Position numbers and translations under genes: made by a program. The notes under the pieces are model-generated. The model saw nothing but the letters and a program-made list of their open reading frames with translations, ran no database searches and was not told the DNA's origin. Shown one piece after another: positions 36,960 through 46,532 of a stretch of DNA of 64,000 nt. The DNA comes from Treponema sp. (GTDB lineage Bacteria; Spirochaetota; Spirochaetia; Treponematales; Breznakiellaceae), in assembly GCA_009782955.1 (NCBI GenBank), contig WRIB01000002.1, positions 1,441 through 65,440 on the forward strand, read 5' to 3'. The number at the start of each line of letters is the position of its first letter. Position 1 is the stretch's first letter.

Positions 36960-37582
36960 TTTCCCTGGCTGTTTTTCTGGGAAACCCCGGCGCCGAATAT
37001 CTCCGCAACCGTCATAATGCAGGCCGGCTTTTGGCGGAAAAACTTCCTTTTTATAACAATCTTGTCTGGAAAAAAAAATTCAAAGGCCTTTTTGCATCTT
37101 TAAATACGGAAGGAACCGGAAAGTATTTCCTTATTCCCGAAACCTACATGAACCTTTCCGGTGTTTCGGTTAAGGCCGCCGCTTCGTTCCATTCTATATC
37201 ACTCGCCGGCATTATTGCTGTCCATGACGAGCTGGAATTGCCTTTAGGATACTTTTCCTTGAAATTTGGCGGAGGGCTGGGCGGGCATAACGGACTTCGT
37301 TCAATGAAGGATACCCTGGGTACTGCTGATTTTTGGCGGCTTAGGGTTGGCATAGGCCGTCCGCCGGGACGCTTACCAGGAGAAGGCGGTCCTCCGGTAA
37401 AAGGCCTGCATGATGGCGGAGATGGTCGTATTGCACAATGGGTATTGTCGAATTTTAACGCGAGCGAAACAGAACTTGTTAATGCAGTTTTGGACGAAGG
37501 ATCGTCTCTCCTTGTTCGGGCTCTGTCGGAAGAACCGGAAACACTGCTTCCGGATTATAAAAAGAAAAGAGTAATACTGTAA
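36956..37582 (+). CDS. pth: Peptidyl-tRNA hydrolase
   Basis: LGNPGAEYLRNRHNAG and VHDELELPLG...GGLGGHNGLRS blocks. 4-nt overlap with the PilZ gene. Confidence 0.92.
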   Translation: MISLAVFLGNPGAEYLRNRHNAGRLLAEKLPFYNNLVWKKKFKGLFASLNTEGTGKYFLIPETYMNLSGVSVKAAASFHSISLAGIIAVHDELELPLGYFSLKFGGGLGGHNGLRSMKDTLGTADFWRLRVGIGRPPGRLPGEGGPPVKGLHDGGDGRIAQWVLSNFNASETELVNAVLDEGSSLLVRALSEEPETLLPDYKKKRVIL

Positions 37583-37612
37583 CAGAATCTTTCTTTTGGC
37601 TATACTTGGTGT

Positions 37613-39022
37613 ATGGCAGATAAGGCCAACGCCGCAAGCCGATTGGGAACTGAACCGGTTGGCAAGCTTTTACTGCAATTTTCTCTTCCCGCCATTACAG
37701 GAATGCTGGTAAATGCTCTGTACAATGTTGTTGATCGTATCTGGGTAGGCCGAGGAGTTAATGAACTAGCCCTGGGCGGGTTGTCTCTTGTTTTGCCCCT
37801 GATGACAATTACTATGGCTTTTTCCATGCTTTTTGGAATTGGATCGGCAAACCTGATTTCCATGCGTTTGGGACAACGGCGGAAAGAAGATGCAGAAAAC
37901 GCCCTAAACCATTGTTTTTTCCTTCTTGTTATTTCTGCATTGGTCATTATGACTGTGGAGTTGATTTTTCTTGATCAAATTATTGCCTATTTGGGATCCG
38001 AAGTGGGAAGCGGTACTTTGGAATATGCCCGGCGTTATTACAGAATAATTCTTTACGGTCAGGCTTTTTTTATGCTGGGATTCGGTTTTTCCCATTGTAC
38101 ACGCGCTCAGGGTTTTCCCCTGATTACCATGATTGGCATGATATTGGGCGCCGGAATGAATATGATCCTGGACCCGTTGTTTATCATCATCTTCGGCTGG
38201 GGAGTGGAAGGGGCTGCCTGGGCAACAATCATTTCTCAGTTTCTTTCTGCCGTATGGATACTTTATTTTGTTAACAGCAAAAAAGCTATAGTTCGATTAA
38301 ACCTTCGCGGCTTCCGCCCTTCATTTCGCATTGTGCTGGATATAATGAGTTTTGGCTGCTCGCAATTTCTTCTTCAATTTGCCATGTCTACGGTACAGTT
38401 TCTTGTAAATATGAGTCTTGGAAAGTACGGAGTGGCAACACTGGGCAAAGGAGGAGGAGACATAGCGCTTTCAGGACTTAACATAACCATGTCCATATCG
38501 ATGCTTTTTTTTATGCCTGTCTTTGGAATAAACCAGGGCGCTCAGCCAATTCTTGGCTTTAACTATGGCGCCAAGAAATTCGACCGTGTGCGAAAAACCT
38601 TCCTTCTTGCAATTACCGGCGCCACAAGTATATGTCTTTTGGGATTTTCTCTGGCTCAATTGTTTTCAGGTTTTCTTATTCGGCTCTTTACTCCCGACGG
38701 AAGCCCAACCCTTTTATCTTTTGCTCCGGTTGCTTTAAGAGTAATTATGATAGCAATGCCGTTAAATGGCTTTACAATTGTCGCAACCAATTTTTTTGTG
38801 GTTACCGGCAGGCCTAAAATATCAATTTTTCTTTCCATGCTTCGCCAGGTTTTTGCGCTTATTCCCTGTCTTCTGATTTTTGGAAGAATCTGGGGATTGT
38901 GGGGTGTGGTAGCAGCTCCGCCTGTGGCTGACACTTTTGCCTTTATCACAACAGGGCTTATGATCCTTTTTGAAATGCGAAAGCTCAAAGCAGATCATGC
39001 AATGGGAAGTGTCTGCCAATGA
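37613..39022 (+). CDS. MATE-family efflux transporter
   Basis: 469 aa, about 12 transmembrane segments. N-terminus PVGKLLLQFSLPAITGMLVNALYNVVDRIWVG is typical of MATE/NorM. Confidence 0.88.
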   Translation: MADKANAASRLGTEPVGKLLLQFSLPAITGMLVNALYNVVDRIWVGRGVNELALGGLSLVLPLMTITMAFSMLFGIGSANLISMRLGQRRKEDAENALNHCFFLLVISALVIMTVELIFLDQIIAYLGSEVGSGTLEYARRYYRIILYGQAFFMLGFGFSHCTRAQGFPLITMIGMILGAGMNMILDPLFIIIFGWGVEGAAWATIISQFLSAVWILYFVNSKKAIVRLNLRGFRPSFRIVLDIMSFGCSQFLLQFAMSTVQFLVNMSLGKYGVATLGKGGGDIALSGLNITMSISMLFFMPVFGINQGAQPILGFNYGAKKFDRVRKTFLLAITGATSICLLGFSLAQLFSGFLIRLFTPDGSPTLLSFAPVALRVIMIAMPLNGFTIVATNFFVVTGRPKISIFLSMLRQVFALIPCLLIFGRIWGLWGVVAAPPVADTFAFITTGLMILFEMRKLKADHAMGSVCQ

Positions 39023-40719
39023 AACGCTGCTGTTTCCTTCTTTTGTTTTTACTGTACTTTGTTTTTTTAAGCTTTGCCGTCGATAGATATGAAGAAGTAC
39101 CGGGTTCAGGTTTGTTCATTGAAAGCGTACCTTCCGGTGCAAAAGTTTTTATTGATGGTGCTGAAAGAGGGCTTACACCGTACAGCAATTCTTCTTTAAA
39201 CAGCGGTGAATACAATATTCGGATTAACAAGGAAGGATACAAAGATCGCCGTTTCAGGGTAGTAATTCGCAGGGGCAGCCGGGTTGAAATATCAGTTGAT
39301 CTTGAGGAAACAAAAGGACAGTTGATGCTGAAACTCAGTAAAGATCCGGAATCCCCGCCTTTTCTCGAGTTTAATCCCCGGGTTTTTATTGATGGTTCCC
39401 GAATCCCTTTTCCGGCATCCTCCACCGAGCGAACAGATACAAGTATTGAGAGCGAAAGTTTGCCCGATTCTCCTCCGGATTATGTAACAACTCCTCTTTA
39501 TGAACAAAATCTGAATCTGGCTGCTGGCTGGCATACGATTACTGTAGAAGCTTTTGGATGGGAAAAAATAAGTACAAGAATTCTTGTCGAAGAAGACAAC
39601 GTTCAAAAACTTGATCTTGTCGTTAAGCCTTCTGTTTTTGTTATGACAAATACGACATTGCGGAAAAAACGCTTTAACCCCCGGAATTCAGGTATACTGG
39701 GCAATGCAGAAATTAATTTTACGGTAAGCGCTCCCGGCACAGGTCTTTTGGAAGTATTCGATGATAACGGAACATTGATCTATTCCAGGGCATTAAGTCC
39801 TTTTATTGCCCGGCAGCAACAAGCTTTATGGAATGGCAGGGACACCGGCAGTGGAATTGTTAATGATGGACATTATATCCTGAGAATCAGTGCCTGGCAA
39901 GATAACGAAACGGAAAAGCAAAGCACAGAACTTTCCGTACAGGTTGACAGCTCTATAACAATACGGCCGCTTGGTATCGCTTCTTCGGTGGCAGGGCTTT
40001 TTCTGGTTCCGTCCCCTGAAGCGCTTCCTGCTTTATCATATCAGATTGATGGATCACTTATTGCCGGTAAGCCTCTGCAACAGGGGGCCTGGGAAAGTTT
40101 ACCTTTTGCGATTGGTTTCCGCTTTTCCTTTCTGGATAATCTGGAAACGACTATTGCCTTTAATGCAATACCGGTCTTTTCCGGTGATTACGATTTGGGA
40201 ATAGGCGGTTCTCTGAAATGGGTTTTATTTCGGCCGCTAAATACAAAAACAGGGAGCACAAGTTTTTTTGATTCTTTTGGTATGGCAGCAGAGTTATCGT
40301 ACGGATGGGCTACAACCGGTCCGTATACTGCCTTTGGAATGGGAACAGGGTTGGGCCTTCGGCTGCCCCTCATGTACAGAATTTTGCAGGGAACAGCCGA
40401 TAAAGGCATATATTCTTTTAATGTACTTTTAAGCCCTCTTGTTCTTTGGGCTTCTGAGAAAGGCCATCCTGATACTTCGATCCCCCGTCCGGGAATAGAA
40501 GGAGGGGTGCTTTTTAACTATGGAAGCATTACCTCAGGTTTTTCGCTTCGCTGGGACTATGATACAGATGCACAGCGTTCCGGTCCTTTGGTATCGGCTT
40601 TGGAATTTAAGTTTTCTCCATCCAGTTTTGTACTTTCACTGAATAGCGGTTTTTGGGTGTTGCCGGATGCAAAAGATGTTGGTGTTTTTTTTGGTGTCGG
40701 ACTGGGAATAATATATTGA
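39019..40719 (+). CDS. PEGA-domain envelope protein with a C-terminal beta-rich (possible outer-membrane) region
   Basis: Signal peptide. ESVPSGAKVFIDGAERGLTPY...GEYNIRINKEGY is a PEGA motif. An Ig-like middle region has a FlgD-Ig-like pattern (G.Y.LRISA). Confidence 0.65.
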   Translation: MKRCCFLLLFLLYFVFLSFAVDRYEEVPGSGLFIESVPSGAKVFIDGAERGLTPYSNSSLNSGEYNIRINKEGYKDRRFRVVIRRGSRVEISVDLEETKGQLMLKLSKDPESPPFLEFNPRVFIDGSRIPFPASSTERTDTSIESESLPDSPPDYVTTPLYEQNLNLAAGWHTITVEAFGWEKISTRILVEEDNVQKLDLVVKPSVFVMTNTTLRKKRFNPRNSGILGNAEINFTVSAPGTGLLEVFDDNGTLIYSRALSPFIARQQQALWNGRDTGSGIVNDGHYILRISAWQDNETEKQSTELSVQVDSSITIRPLGIASSVAGLFLVPSPEALPALSYQIDGSLIAGKPLQQGAWESLPFAIGFRFSFLDNLETTIAFNAIPVFSGDYDLGIGGSLKWVLFRPLNTKTGSTSFFDSFGMAAELSYGWATTGPYTAFGMGTGLGLRLPLMYRILQGTADKGIYSFNVLLSPLVLWASEKGHPDTSIPRPGIEGGVLFNYGSITSGFSLRWDYDTDAQRSGPLVSALEFKFSPSSFVLSLNSGFWVLPDAKDVGVFFGVGLGIIY

Positions 40720-40737
40720 ATCTGAAAATCATGTAAA

Positions 40738-41355
40738 ATGGCAAGAAAAATATTTTTATTATTGTTGATTTTCCGCATTGCATTTGTCTTTGCGTGTGAT
40801 TTACCGGGACATTTTGATTTTGAAGTCTCAAATGATGAGAAGAAAGTATTGTACTCAGGATGTTATGATGCAATTAATAAAGGACCGCATATAATAATAT
40901 ATATTCTTACAAAAGATCGTATAGAAAGTGATTCTGTAAAACGGCCGTCTGCAAGATTTACCCAAAATAGAGATGGCGGCGTACTGCAGGATCTTTTGAC
41001 AGAGAATGGCTATGATTTGCCTCATCATAACGATTATACCAATTCGGGATATGACAGAGGTCACATGGCGCCAAATGCAGATTTTAATGATACCCGCGAG
41101 AATGCTCTTGCCACCTTTTTTATTGCCAATATATGGCCGCAAACACCGGAAGTAAACAGGGTTACATGGCTGAAAACAGAAAATACAACCAGAGAATTGG
41201 CAATAGAATATTTTTTAATAAAGGTCGTAATTATTGTAGATGTATTCAGTGATAAAAAAGTTAACGATATTTCAGTTCCGCTGGTCTTTAAAAGAAGAGT
41301 GTATGATTTGCATACTGAAGAACTGATTTATGAAATTGATATATATCAGGAATAG
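40738..41355 (+). CDS. Secreted DNA/RNA non-specific endonuclease (NucA/EndoG family)
   Basis: Signal peptide. GYDRGHMAPNADF active-site (DRGH) block. 205 aa. Confidence 0.8.
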   Translation: MARKIFLLLLIFRIAFVFACDLPGHFDFEVSNDEKKVLYSGCYDAINKGPHIIIYILTKDRIESDSVKRPSARFTQNRDGGVLQDLLTENGYDLPHHNDYTNSGYDRGHMAPNADFNDTRENALATFFIANIWPQTPEVNRVTWLKTENTTRELAIEYFLIKVVIIVDVFSDKKVNDISVPLVFKRRVYDLHTEELIYEIDIYQE

Positions 41356-41366
41356 AACCGTTTATT

Positions 41367-42593
41367 CTACTGATTAAGCACTTCTTCCCGGTCTGCCAGA
41401 ACAACTTTTAACTTTACCGGTTTACCGTCGCGGATCACTTCAATATCAACCTGATCGCCCGGTTTGTTGTTTTCCAGCGATGAATAAAGGTCTGCCAATG
41501 TAGCTACCTTTATATCATTAACCATGACCAGTACATCACCGCCAAGGTATATGACACTGGAACCGTAACGTACCGGCTCGGAGCCCTGACGTATACCTGC
41601 TCTTTCGGCAAAACCGTTGCGCCTGATTCTCGAAATAAGTAATCCTTCGCTTACCGGAAGTTTTGCGTATTGAACAAGGGCCGGGAAAAGCTGTACCACG
41701 GTGGCGTCTATCCAGCCACGGCGGACTTTACCGCTTTCTATCAGTTCTGCCACAACCCGCTTGGCGGTATTCACCGGAACAGCAAAGCCTATACCTACCG
41801 AGCCGCCGGAAGGAGAATAAATCATAGTATTAATTCCAATCATACGGCCCTGGGAATCAAGCAAAGGACCGCCTGAATTTCCCGGATTTATGGAAGCATC
41901 GGTCTGAATCATGTTTCTGACTATGTTCTGCCGGGAAATCTGAATGGGGCGGCCCAGACCGGATACAATACCTACCGTCAGGGTTCGTTCCAGGGCAAAG
42001 GGATTACCGATTGCCAGTACTTTTTGACCTACCTTCAGGTTCGATGAATCACCGTATGGTATGGTTCTAAGATTGATTCCGGCTGGCGGAGTAAATTTAA
42101 TGACCGCAAGATCATTCTCCGGATCAGAGCCAATTACGGTTCCTTCGTATTGTGAACCGTCATAAAGATTGATAAATACCTTGTAAGCTTTTTCAATTAC
42201 ATGGTAATTGGTAAGAATATAACCCTGGGCATCAATAATCGATCCCGAACCGGAACTGCCGCGCTGGGGTACCGGTTCCAGGAACCAGTTTATTCCCACT
42301 ACTTCGGTGGTTATGTTTACTACAGCTTCGTTTAGTTGTTCATAAACGGTAATATTTTCCCGTTCATCCGGCGAATAGGGTTCCAGATCCGCAGCAGTAT
42401 ATGCAGAAGAACGGTTTATATAGCTTTGATTCGGCCCGGTATCTGAATAGCCGTTTTCATTCACATTAGTCAGGAAAGGCGGCAGAATTCTTCCGTTTTT
42501 TCCCAAAGAGAATATCCCCAGAGCCGACAGAATTGCCATAAGAACAGAAATAGAAACAGCCAAAATAAGCTGTCCGCGGCTGTAGAGTTTCAT
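41367..42593 (-). CDS. HtrA/DegS-like trypsin-family serine protease with a PDZ domain
   Basis: N-terminal transmembrane anchor. GSGSIID..GYILTNYHV, DLAVIK and NPGNSGGPL catalytic triad blocks. C-terminal PDZ-like region. Confidence 0.9.
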   Translation of the reverse strand: MKLYSRGQLILAVSISVLMAILSALGIFSLGKNGRILPPFLTNVNENGYSDTGPNQSYINRSSAYTAADLEPYSPDERENITVYEQLNEAVVNITTEVVGINWFLEPVPQRGSSGSGSIIDAQGYILTNYHVIEKAYKVFINLYDGSQYEGTVIGSDPENDLAVIKFTPPAGINLRTIPYGDSSNLKVGQKVLAIGNPFALERTLTVGIVSGLGRPIQISRQNIVRNMIQTDASINPGNSGGPLLDSQGRMIGINTMIYSPSGGSVGIGFAVPVNTAKRVVAELIESGKVRRGWIDATVVQLFPALVQYAKLPVSEGLLISRIRRNGFAERAGIRQGSEPVRYGSSVIYLGGDVLVMVNDIKVATLADLYSSLENNKPGDQVDIEVIRDGKPVKLKVVLADREEVLNQ

Positions 42594-42619
42594 TTCCGGC
42601 CTCCCCCTATTCGCAAGTT

Positions 42620-42740
42620 GGTTTAATACCCCGCCCTTCAGGGCGGTTTTAATTTAATCATAAACTCGGTTATATGGGTGTTAAACCAGCATACAATCCA
42701 TACCTATCAGAACCAACATACCCCGTCCTTCAGGGCGGGG
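42620..42740 (+). repeat. Structured GC-hairpin element, copy 2 (same architecture as 5242-5395 on the opposite strand)
   Basis: GGTTTAATACC (42620-42630) pairs with GGTGTTAAACC (42677-42687) and encloses hairpin CCGCCC-ttca-GGGCGG. A second hairpin CCCCGTCC-ttca-GGGCGGGG lies at 42721-42740, preceded by ATA. Confidence 0.65.
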
Positions 42741-42820
42741 TTGTTGATTACAGTATATTGGAATTCCATTAATTTTACCATAGGTTTTGACCATTTTATT
42801 TTACCGTGATACAATTAAGT

Positions 42821-43456
42821 ATGGATTTGGCCCTGGTTTTTTCCCAATTAATCCGCATTGACGGCCTTGATATATGGGAAGGTCTTACTCATGTTGGCTG
42901 TAATCAGGAAGTGTATGCCGAAGCATTACGGAATTTTTGCAGGGATTTGGAAAGTAAATGTGCCATCCTGAAAGAATTCCTTCAAAAAGAAAACTGGAAA
43001 GATTACTCAGCTGCAGCTCATGCGATTAAAGGCGGATTGGCAGGAATAGGTGCATGGGAACTATCACAGAAAACCAGAGAACTGGAAGATGCAGCGCGGG
43101 ATGAAGATTACGAATTTTGTATAAATAAATCGGATGAAGTACTGAAAAGATTGGAGCAATTTACCGGCGTACTAAAGTCCACCGCTCTTTTTACAGGTGA
43201 AACAACAGAAAAGGAACAGGTTTCAATTGATTATCTGGAGAAGAAGCTTGGTGAACTGTATTTCTTTTGTTCTTCCGGAAGCAGCGTCGAAGCAGACATG
43301 TTGGCCAGAGAATTAAGAACAAAAACCTGCGGCGGAGAAACCGGCAATATTGTCGATGCAATCTGTACTTATGTGGAAAACCTTGACTATCACCTGGTAA
43401 TACAGATACTTGCAAAGCAACCCTATATCAAAACCAAACAAACAGCCGGACAGTAG
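42821..43456 (+). CDS. Stand-alone HPt (histidine phosphotransfer) domain protein
   Basis: AAHAIKGGLAGIGA (HxxKG). The track ORF starts at GTG 42806; I prefer ATG 42821, which is 5 nt after TACAAT. Confidence 0.75.
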   Translation: MDLALVFSQLIRIDGLDIWEGLTHVGCNQEVYAEALRNFCRDLESKCAILKEFLQKENWKDYSAAAHAIKGGLAGIGAWELSQKTRELEDAARDEDYEFCINKSDEVLKRLEQFTGVLKSTALFTGETTEKEQVSIDYLEKKLGELYFFCSSGSSVEADMLARELRTKTCGGETGNIVDAICTYVENLDYHLVIQILAKQPYIKTKQTAGQ

Positions 43457-43500
43457 TTCCTCTTAACAACAGAAATTTTTTGTGGTATACTGAACATGAT

Positions 43501-44754
43501 ATGAATAAGACTTTTCACCTGTGTTTTTTGTCTGTGGCAATAATTGGAATTCTCTGCACATGCGCAAGTTTTGAAAAAAAACCGGTCTCCGATACTTATT
43601 ATGTCAGGGCAGATGGTAACGACCGTAATCATGGCCTTTCGGAAGATAAACCTTTTCGTTCGCTTTTTAAAGCTGTTGTTATGGCCAATACCGGTTCAAT
43701 TAAAATGATCACTGTTATCGGAAAACTTGATGTAACCAGTGAACAGTCTTCAAACAGAGAAAGAGTTTTTCTTATACAGGGAATGGGGAAAACCCCCATT
43801 CTGATTCAGGGAAAAGGTTCTGACACCAATCCTCCTGTACTTTCCGCAGAAGGAAGCGGTAGGCGTGTTATGTTAATAAAAGGAGATATTTCAATTCGTT
43901 TTGAGAACATCGAAATATCCGGGGGAGTTAGTTCTGACGAAGGAGGCGGGATTGGAATTGGACCGGGTTCTTCGGTAATACTTGGCAAGGGCGCGTTAAT
44001 TCGTAATAACCAGGCCGGTAGTCTCGGCGGAGGCATAATTATTGCCCCGGGCGGATCCCTTTATATAGATGGAGGAAAGATATTCGATAATCGTTCTGCA
44101 GTAATTGGAGGCGGTATTGCGGTACTGGGTGCAAATAGTGTACTGGTTATTAAGGATGGGGAAATAAGCAATAATCGAGCCCAGGGTGGCGGCGGTATAG
44201 CGGTTTTTCAGGAAAGCAGCTTTACATTTTCAGGCGGGGCTATTCTTGATAATATCGCTGATGTTGCGGGCGGTGGAATAATAATAAATCAGGCAGGCTC
44301 ATTTACTATGGAAGGGGGCGTAATACGGGGTAACCGGACTTCCGGTTCCGGGGGAGGTATTGCACTGCTGGAGCGTAGTACCTTTGTTCTGGAAGATGGT
44401 GAAATCCAGGGAAACCGTGCAGCGGAAAATGGAGGCGGTATTGCTACAGATAACACCGGAGCTATTACTGTCAAGGGCGGTTTTATTTCCGCAAACAGAG
44501 CGGCAGTCCGGGGCGGAGGAATCTTTACTGCCGGTCCTTTTGTAAAATCTGCGGGAAAAATCTACGGCAGTGATATGGCCGAAGATGCCGCAAATATTGC
44601 ACCCTCAGGGGCTGCAATATTTGTTTATCAGAACAATGGATCCTATAAAACCCGTGAAACCAGTGTCGGTGACGGCCTTATTCTGGATGCCGTTGCAGAT
44701 GATGGGTGGGTTATTGTAGAAAATGAAGATCAATTCGAAACTTCACTTTATTAA
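43501..44754 (+). CDS. Right-handed beta-helix lipoprotein with GGGI (Pmp-like) repeats
   Basis: Lipobox GILCTC-AS. About 10 repeats of ..N.A...GGGI... TTAACA-N17-TATACT promoter 9 nt upstream of ATG 43501. Confidence 0.7.
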   Translation: MNKTFHLCFLSVAIIGILCTCASFEKKPVSDTYYVRADGNDRNHGLSEDKPFRSLFKAVVMANTGSIKMITVIGKLDVTSEQSSNRERVFLIQGMGKTPILIQGKGSDTNPPVLSAEGSGRRVMLIKGDISIRFENIEISGGVSSDEGGGIGIGPGSSVILGKGALIRNNQAGSLGGGIIIAPGGSLYIDGGKIFDNRSAVIGGGIAVLGANSVLVIKDGEISNNRAQGGGGIAVFQESSFTFSGGAILDNIADVAGGGIIINQAGSFTMEGGVIRGNRTSGSGGGIALLERSTFVLEDGEIQGNRAAENGGGIATDNTGAITVKGGFISANRAAVRGGGIFTAGPFVKSAGKIYGSDMAEDAANIAPSGAAIFVYQNNGSYKTRETSVGDGLILDAVADDGWVIVENEDQFETSLY

Positions 44755-44767
44755 AACTTCTAATTGA

Positions 44768-46525
44768 TCATTTTTCTCCAAGCAGTGTCTTTATTTCCTG
44801 TATTTCGCGTATTAGTTCGGAACGTGGTTTTTTACGCAGTCGATCAGGAAGCATTTCTTTTGATGTACATTCTACAACCGCCACCAAATTTTGTAATTCT
44901 ATTTCATGAGGATAAGCTGCCGGGATAAAGTCCGACATAGCCTCTTCCATATCGTCTTTGCGAATATACACGCGGTCATTCATATTGGCCAGCATCTTGG
45001 CTCTGACAAGCAGAGCTTCAAGATCAGCTCCGGAATATTCATGTTTAAATTTTTTAAAGAGTTCCGAGATGGGAAAATCCCTGATATCCAGTTTGTTTTT
45101 TTCTACCAAGGTGTTATATAGATCTTCTCGTTCTTCATCACTTTCAGGATAAAAGAGAGCCAGGTGTTCCTCGGCACGACCCTGGCGTTTTAAGTCTATG
45201 GGAACCAGATCCGGCCGGCAGGTAATAAGAAACCAGATAATCCGGCCGCGGTATTCGGTGTTTCCCATAAAAGAGGCAATCTGGGCAAAAACCCTGTTGC
45301 TGGTGCCCGAATCACCTTCCTGATCACGATTTCCCAAAAAAGCATCAGCTTCATCTATCATTACCGCCACCGGCGCCATGGACTTTAGTATATTGAGTAT
45401 ACGTTCCAAATTTGATTCGGTATCTCCCTGCCACTTTGAACGGAAGTTGCGGAACTTAACCATGGGTATTCCGATTTCACCGGCAAAAGCGCTGACCATA
45501 AAACTCTTTCCTGTTCCAACAGGACCGGCTATTAGATATCCCATGGGAAGCGCATCCAGATGGTTTTTTTTAATCATCTTTGCGGCATATTTAAAACGCT
45601 TTTTTACAAAAGCATGGCCCGATACATTGGAAAGGTTATATTCGGTATCTATAAATTCCAGAAGCCCGGTTGCTTCGTTTTCGATAATTTCTTTTTTCTT
45701 ATGCCGCAGGTAATCCAGGGTAAGAACTTTTGCAGTTTCATGATTTTCCTGGATTAACCGGTTCAGGTTCATTAAGTTAAGACCATTGGTAATACCTGCA
45801 ACCTGATCAGTATTAATCCCTCGATCCAATATAAGTTTTCCTTCTTTTTCTTTTGAATTGAGAAAACTTTTCCGAACCTTTTCGTTGGGAAAAGGAACAC
45901 TGACCTTTACCGTTGCAGGAGAACCGACCAGGCGGGGAGAAATATCCGCAAGGTTTTCCGTTAAAAGGATAATGGAAATATCCCCCTGGGTAAAAAGAGG
46001 GTTTACCGCCCAGCGATTCAATGTTACAAGACAAAAGCGGTCTTCCTCGCTGTAACGGCCAAGGTCTCCGGGCGGAATAATGGTTTCGGCATAATCAATA
46101 ATAAATACCATTCGGAAACGTTCCCGCTTGTCTCTGGGTATACGGGCAAGAAAATATTTTTCCAGATAAAAAAAACTCTCTTCCGGTTTGATAGACATAA
46201 AATCGGAGTGGTCTTCCACATCGGGAAATAACCTGCTCATAATTTTCTGGTATTCAATGGCCATTTCTTCGGTTAAAAAAACAACTCCGCTGGAACGATC
46301 GTAAAAAACAATTATGTTTTGATTTCCAAAGATCTGTTCTGAAATGTAATTCTGAATACGCGTAAAGTTAAATTCTCCCACAATGCTTTGGTGAGGGAGG
46401 TAATCGCGGATGTTTCCGTGGAGTATGTACAGGTTAGCGGTATTGGATCCGTATTTGTTGGCAAATTCCCGTGTCCAGTCCGGAAGCCTGTCTATAAATT
46501 CCTTGTTCTCGTCGTAATAAGCCAT
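44768..46525 (-). CDS. AAA+ ATPase (classical AAA clade) with an about 300-aa unassigned N-terminal region
   Basis: Walker A GPVGTGKS, Walker B VMIDEAD, second region of homology TCRPDLVPIDLKRQGRAEE. Last gene of a five-gene operon. Confidence 0.85.
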   Translation of the reverse strand: MAYYDENKEFIDRLPDWTREFANKYGSNTANLYILHGNIRDYLPHQSIVGEFNFTRIQNYISEQIFGNQNIIVFYDRSSGVVFLTEEMAIEYQKIMSRLFPDVEDHSDFMSIKPEESFFYLEKYFLARIPRDKRERFRMVFIIDYAETIIPPGDLGRYSEEDRFCLVTLNRWAVNPLFTQGDISIILLTENLADISPRLVGSPATVKVSVPFPNEKVRKSFLNSKEKEGKLILDRGINTDQVAGITNGLNLMNLNRLIQENHETAKVLTLDYLRHKKKEIIENEATGLLEFIDTEYNLSNVSGHAFVKKRFKYAAKMIKKNHLDALPMGYLIAGPVGTGKSFMVSAFAGEIGIPMVKFRNFRSKWQGDTESNLERILNILKSMAPVAVMIDEADAFLGNRDQEGDSGTSNRVFAQIASFMGNTEYRGRIIWFLITCRPDLVPIDLKRQGRAEEHLALFYPESDEEREDLYNTLVEKNKLDIRDFPISELFKKFKHEYSGADLEALLVRAKMLANMNDRVYIRKDDMEEAMSDFIPAAYPHEIELQNLVAVVECTSKEMLPDRLRKKPRSELIREIQEIKTLLGEK

Positions 46526-46532
46526 GCCTTTT

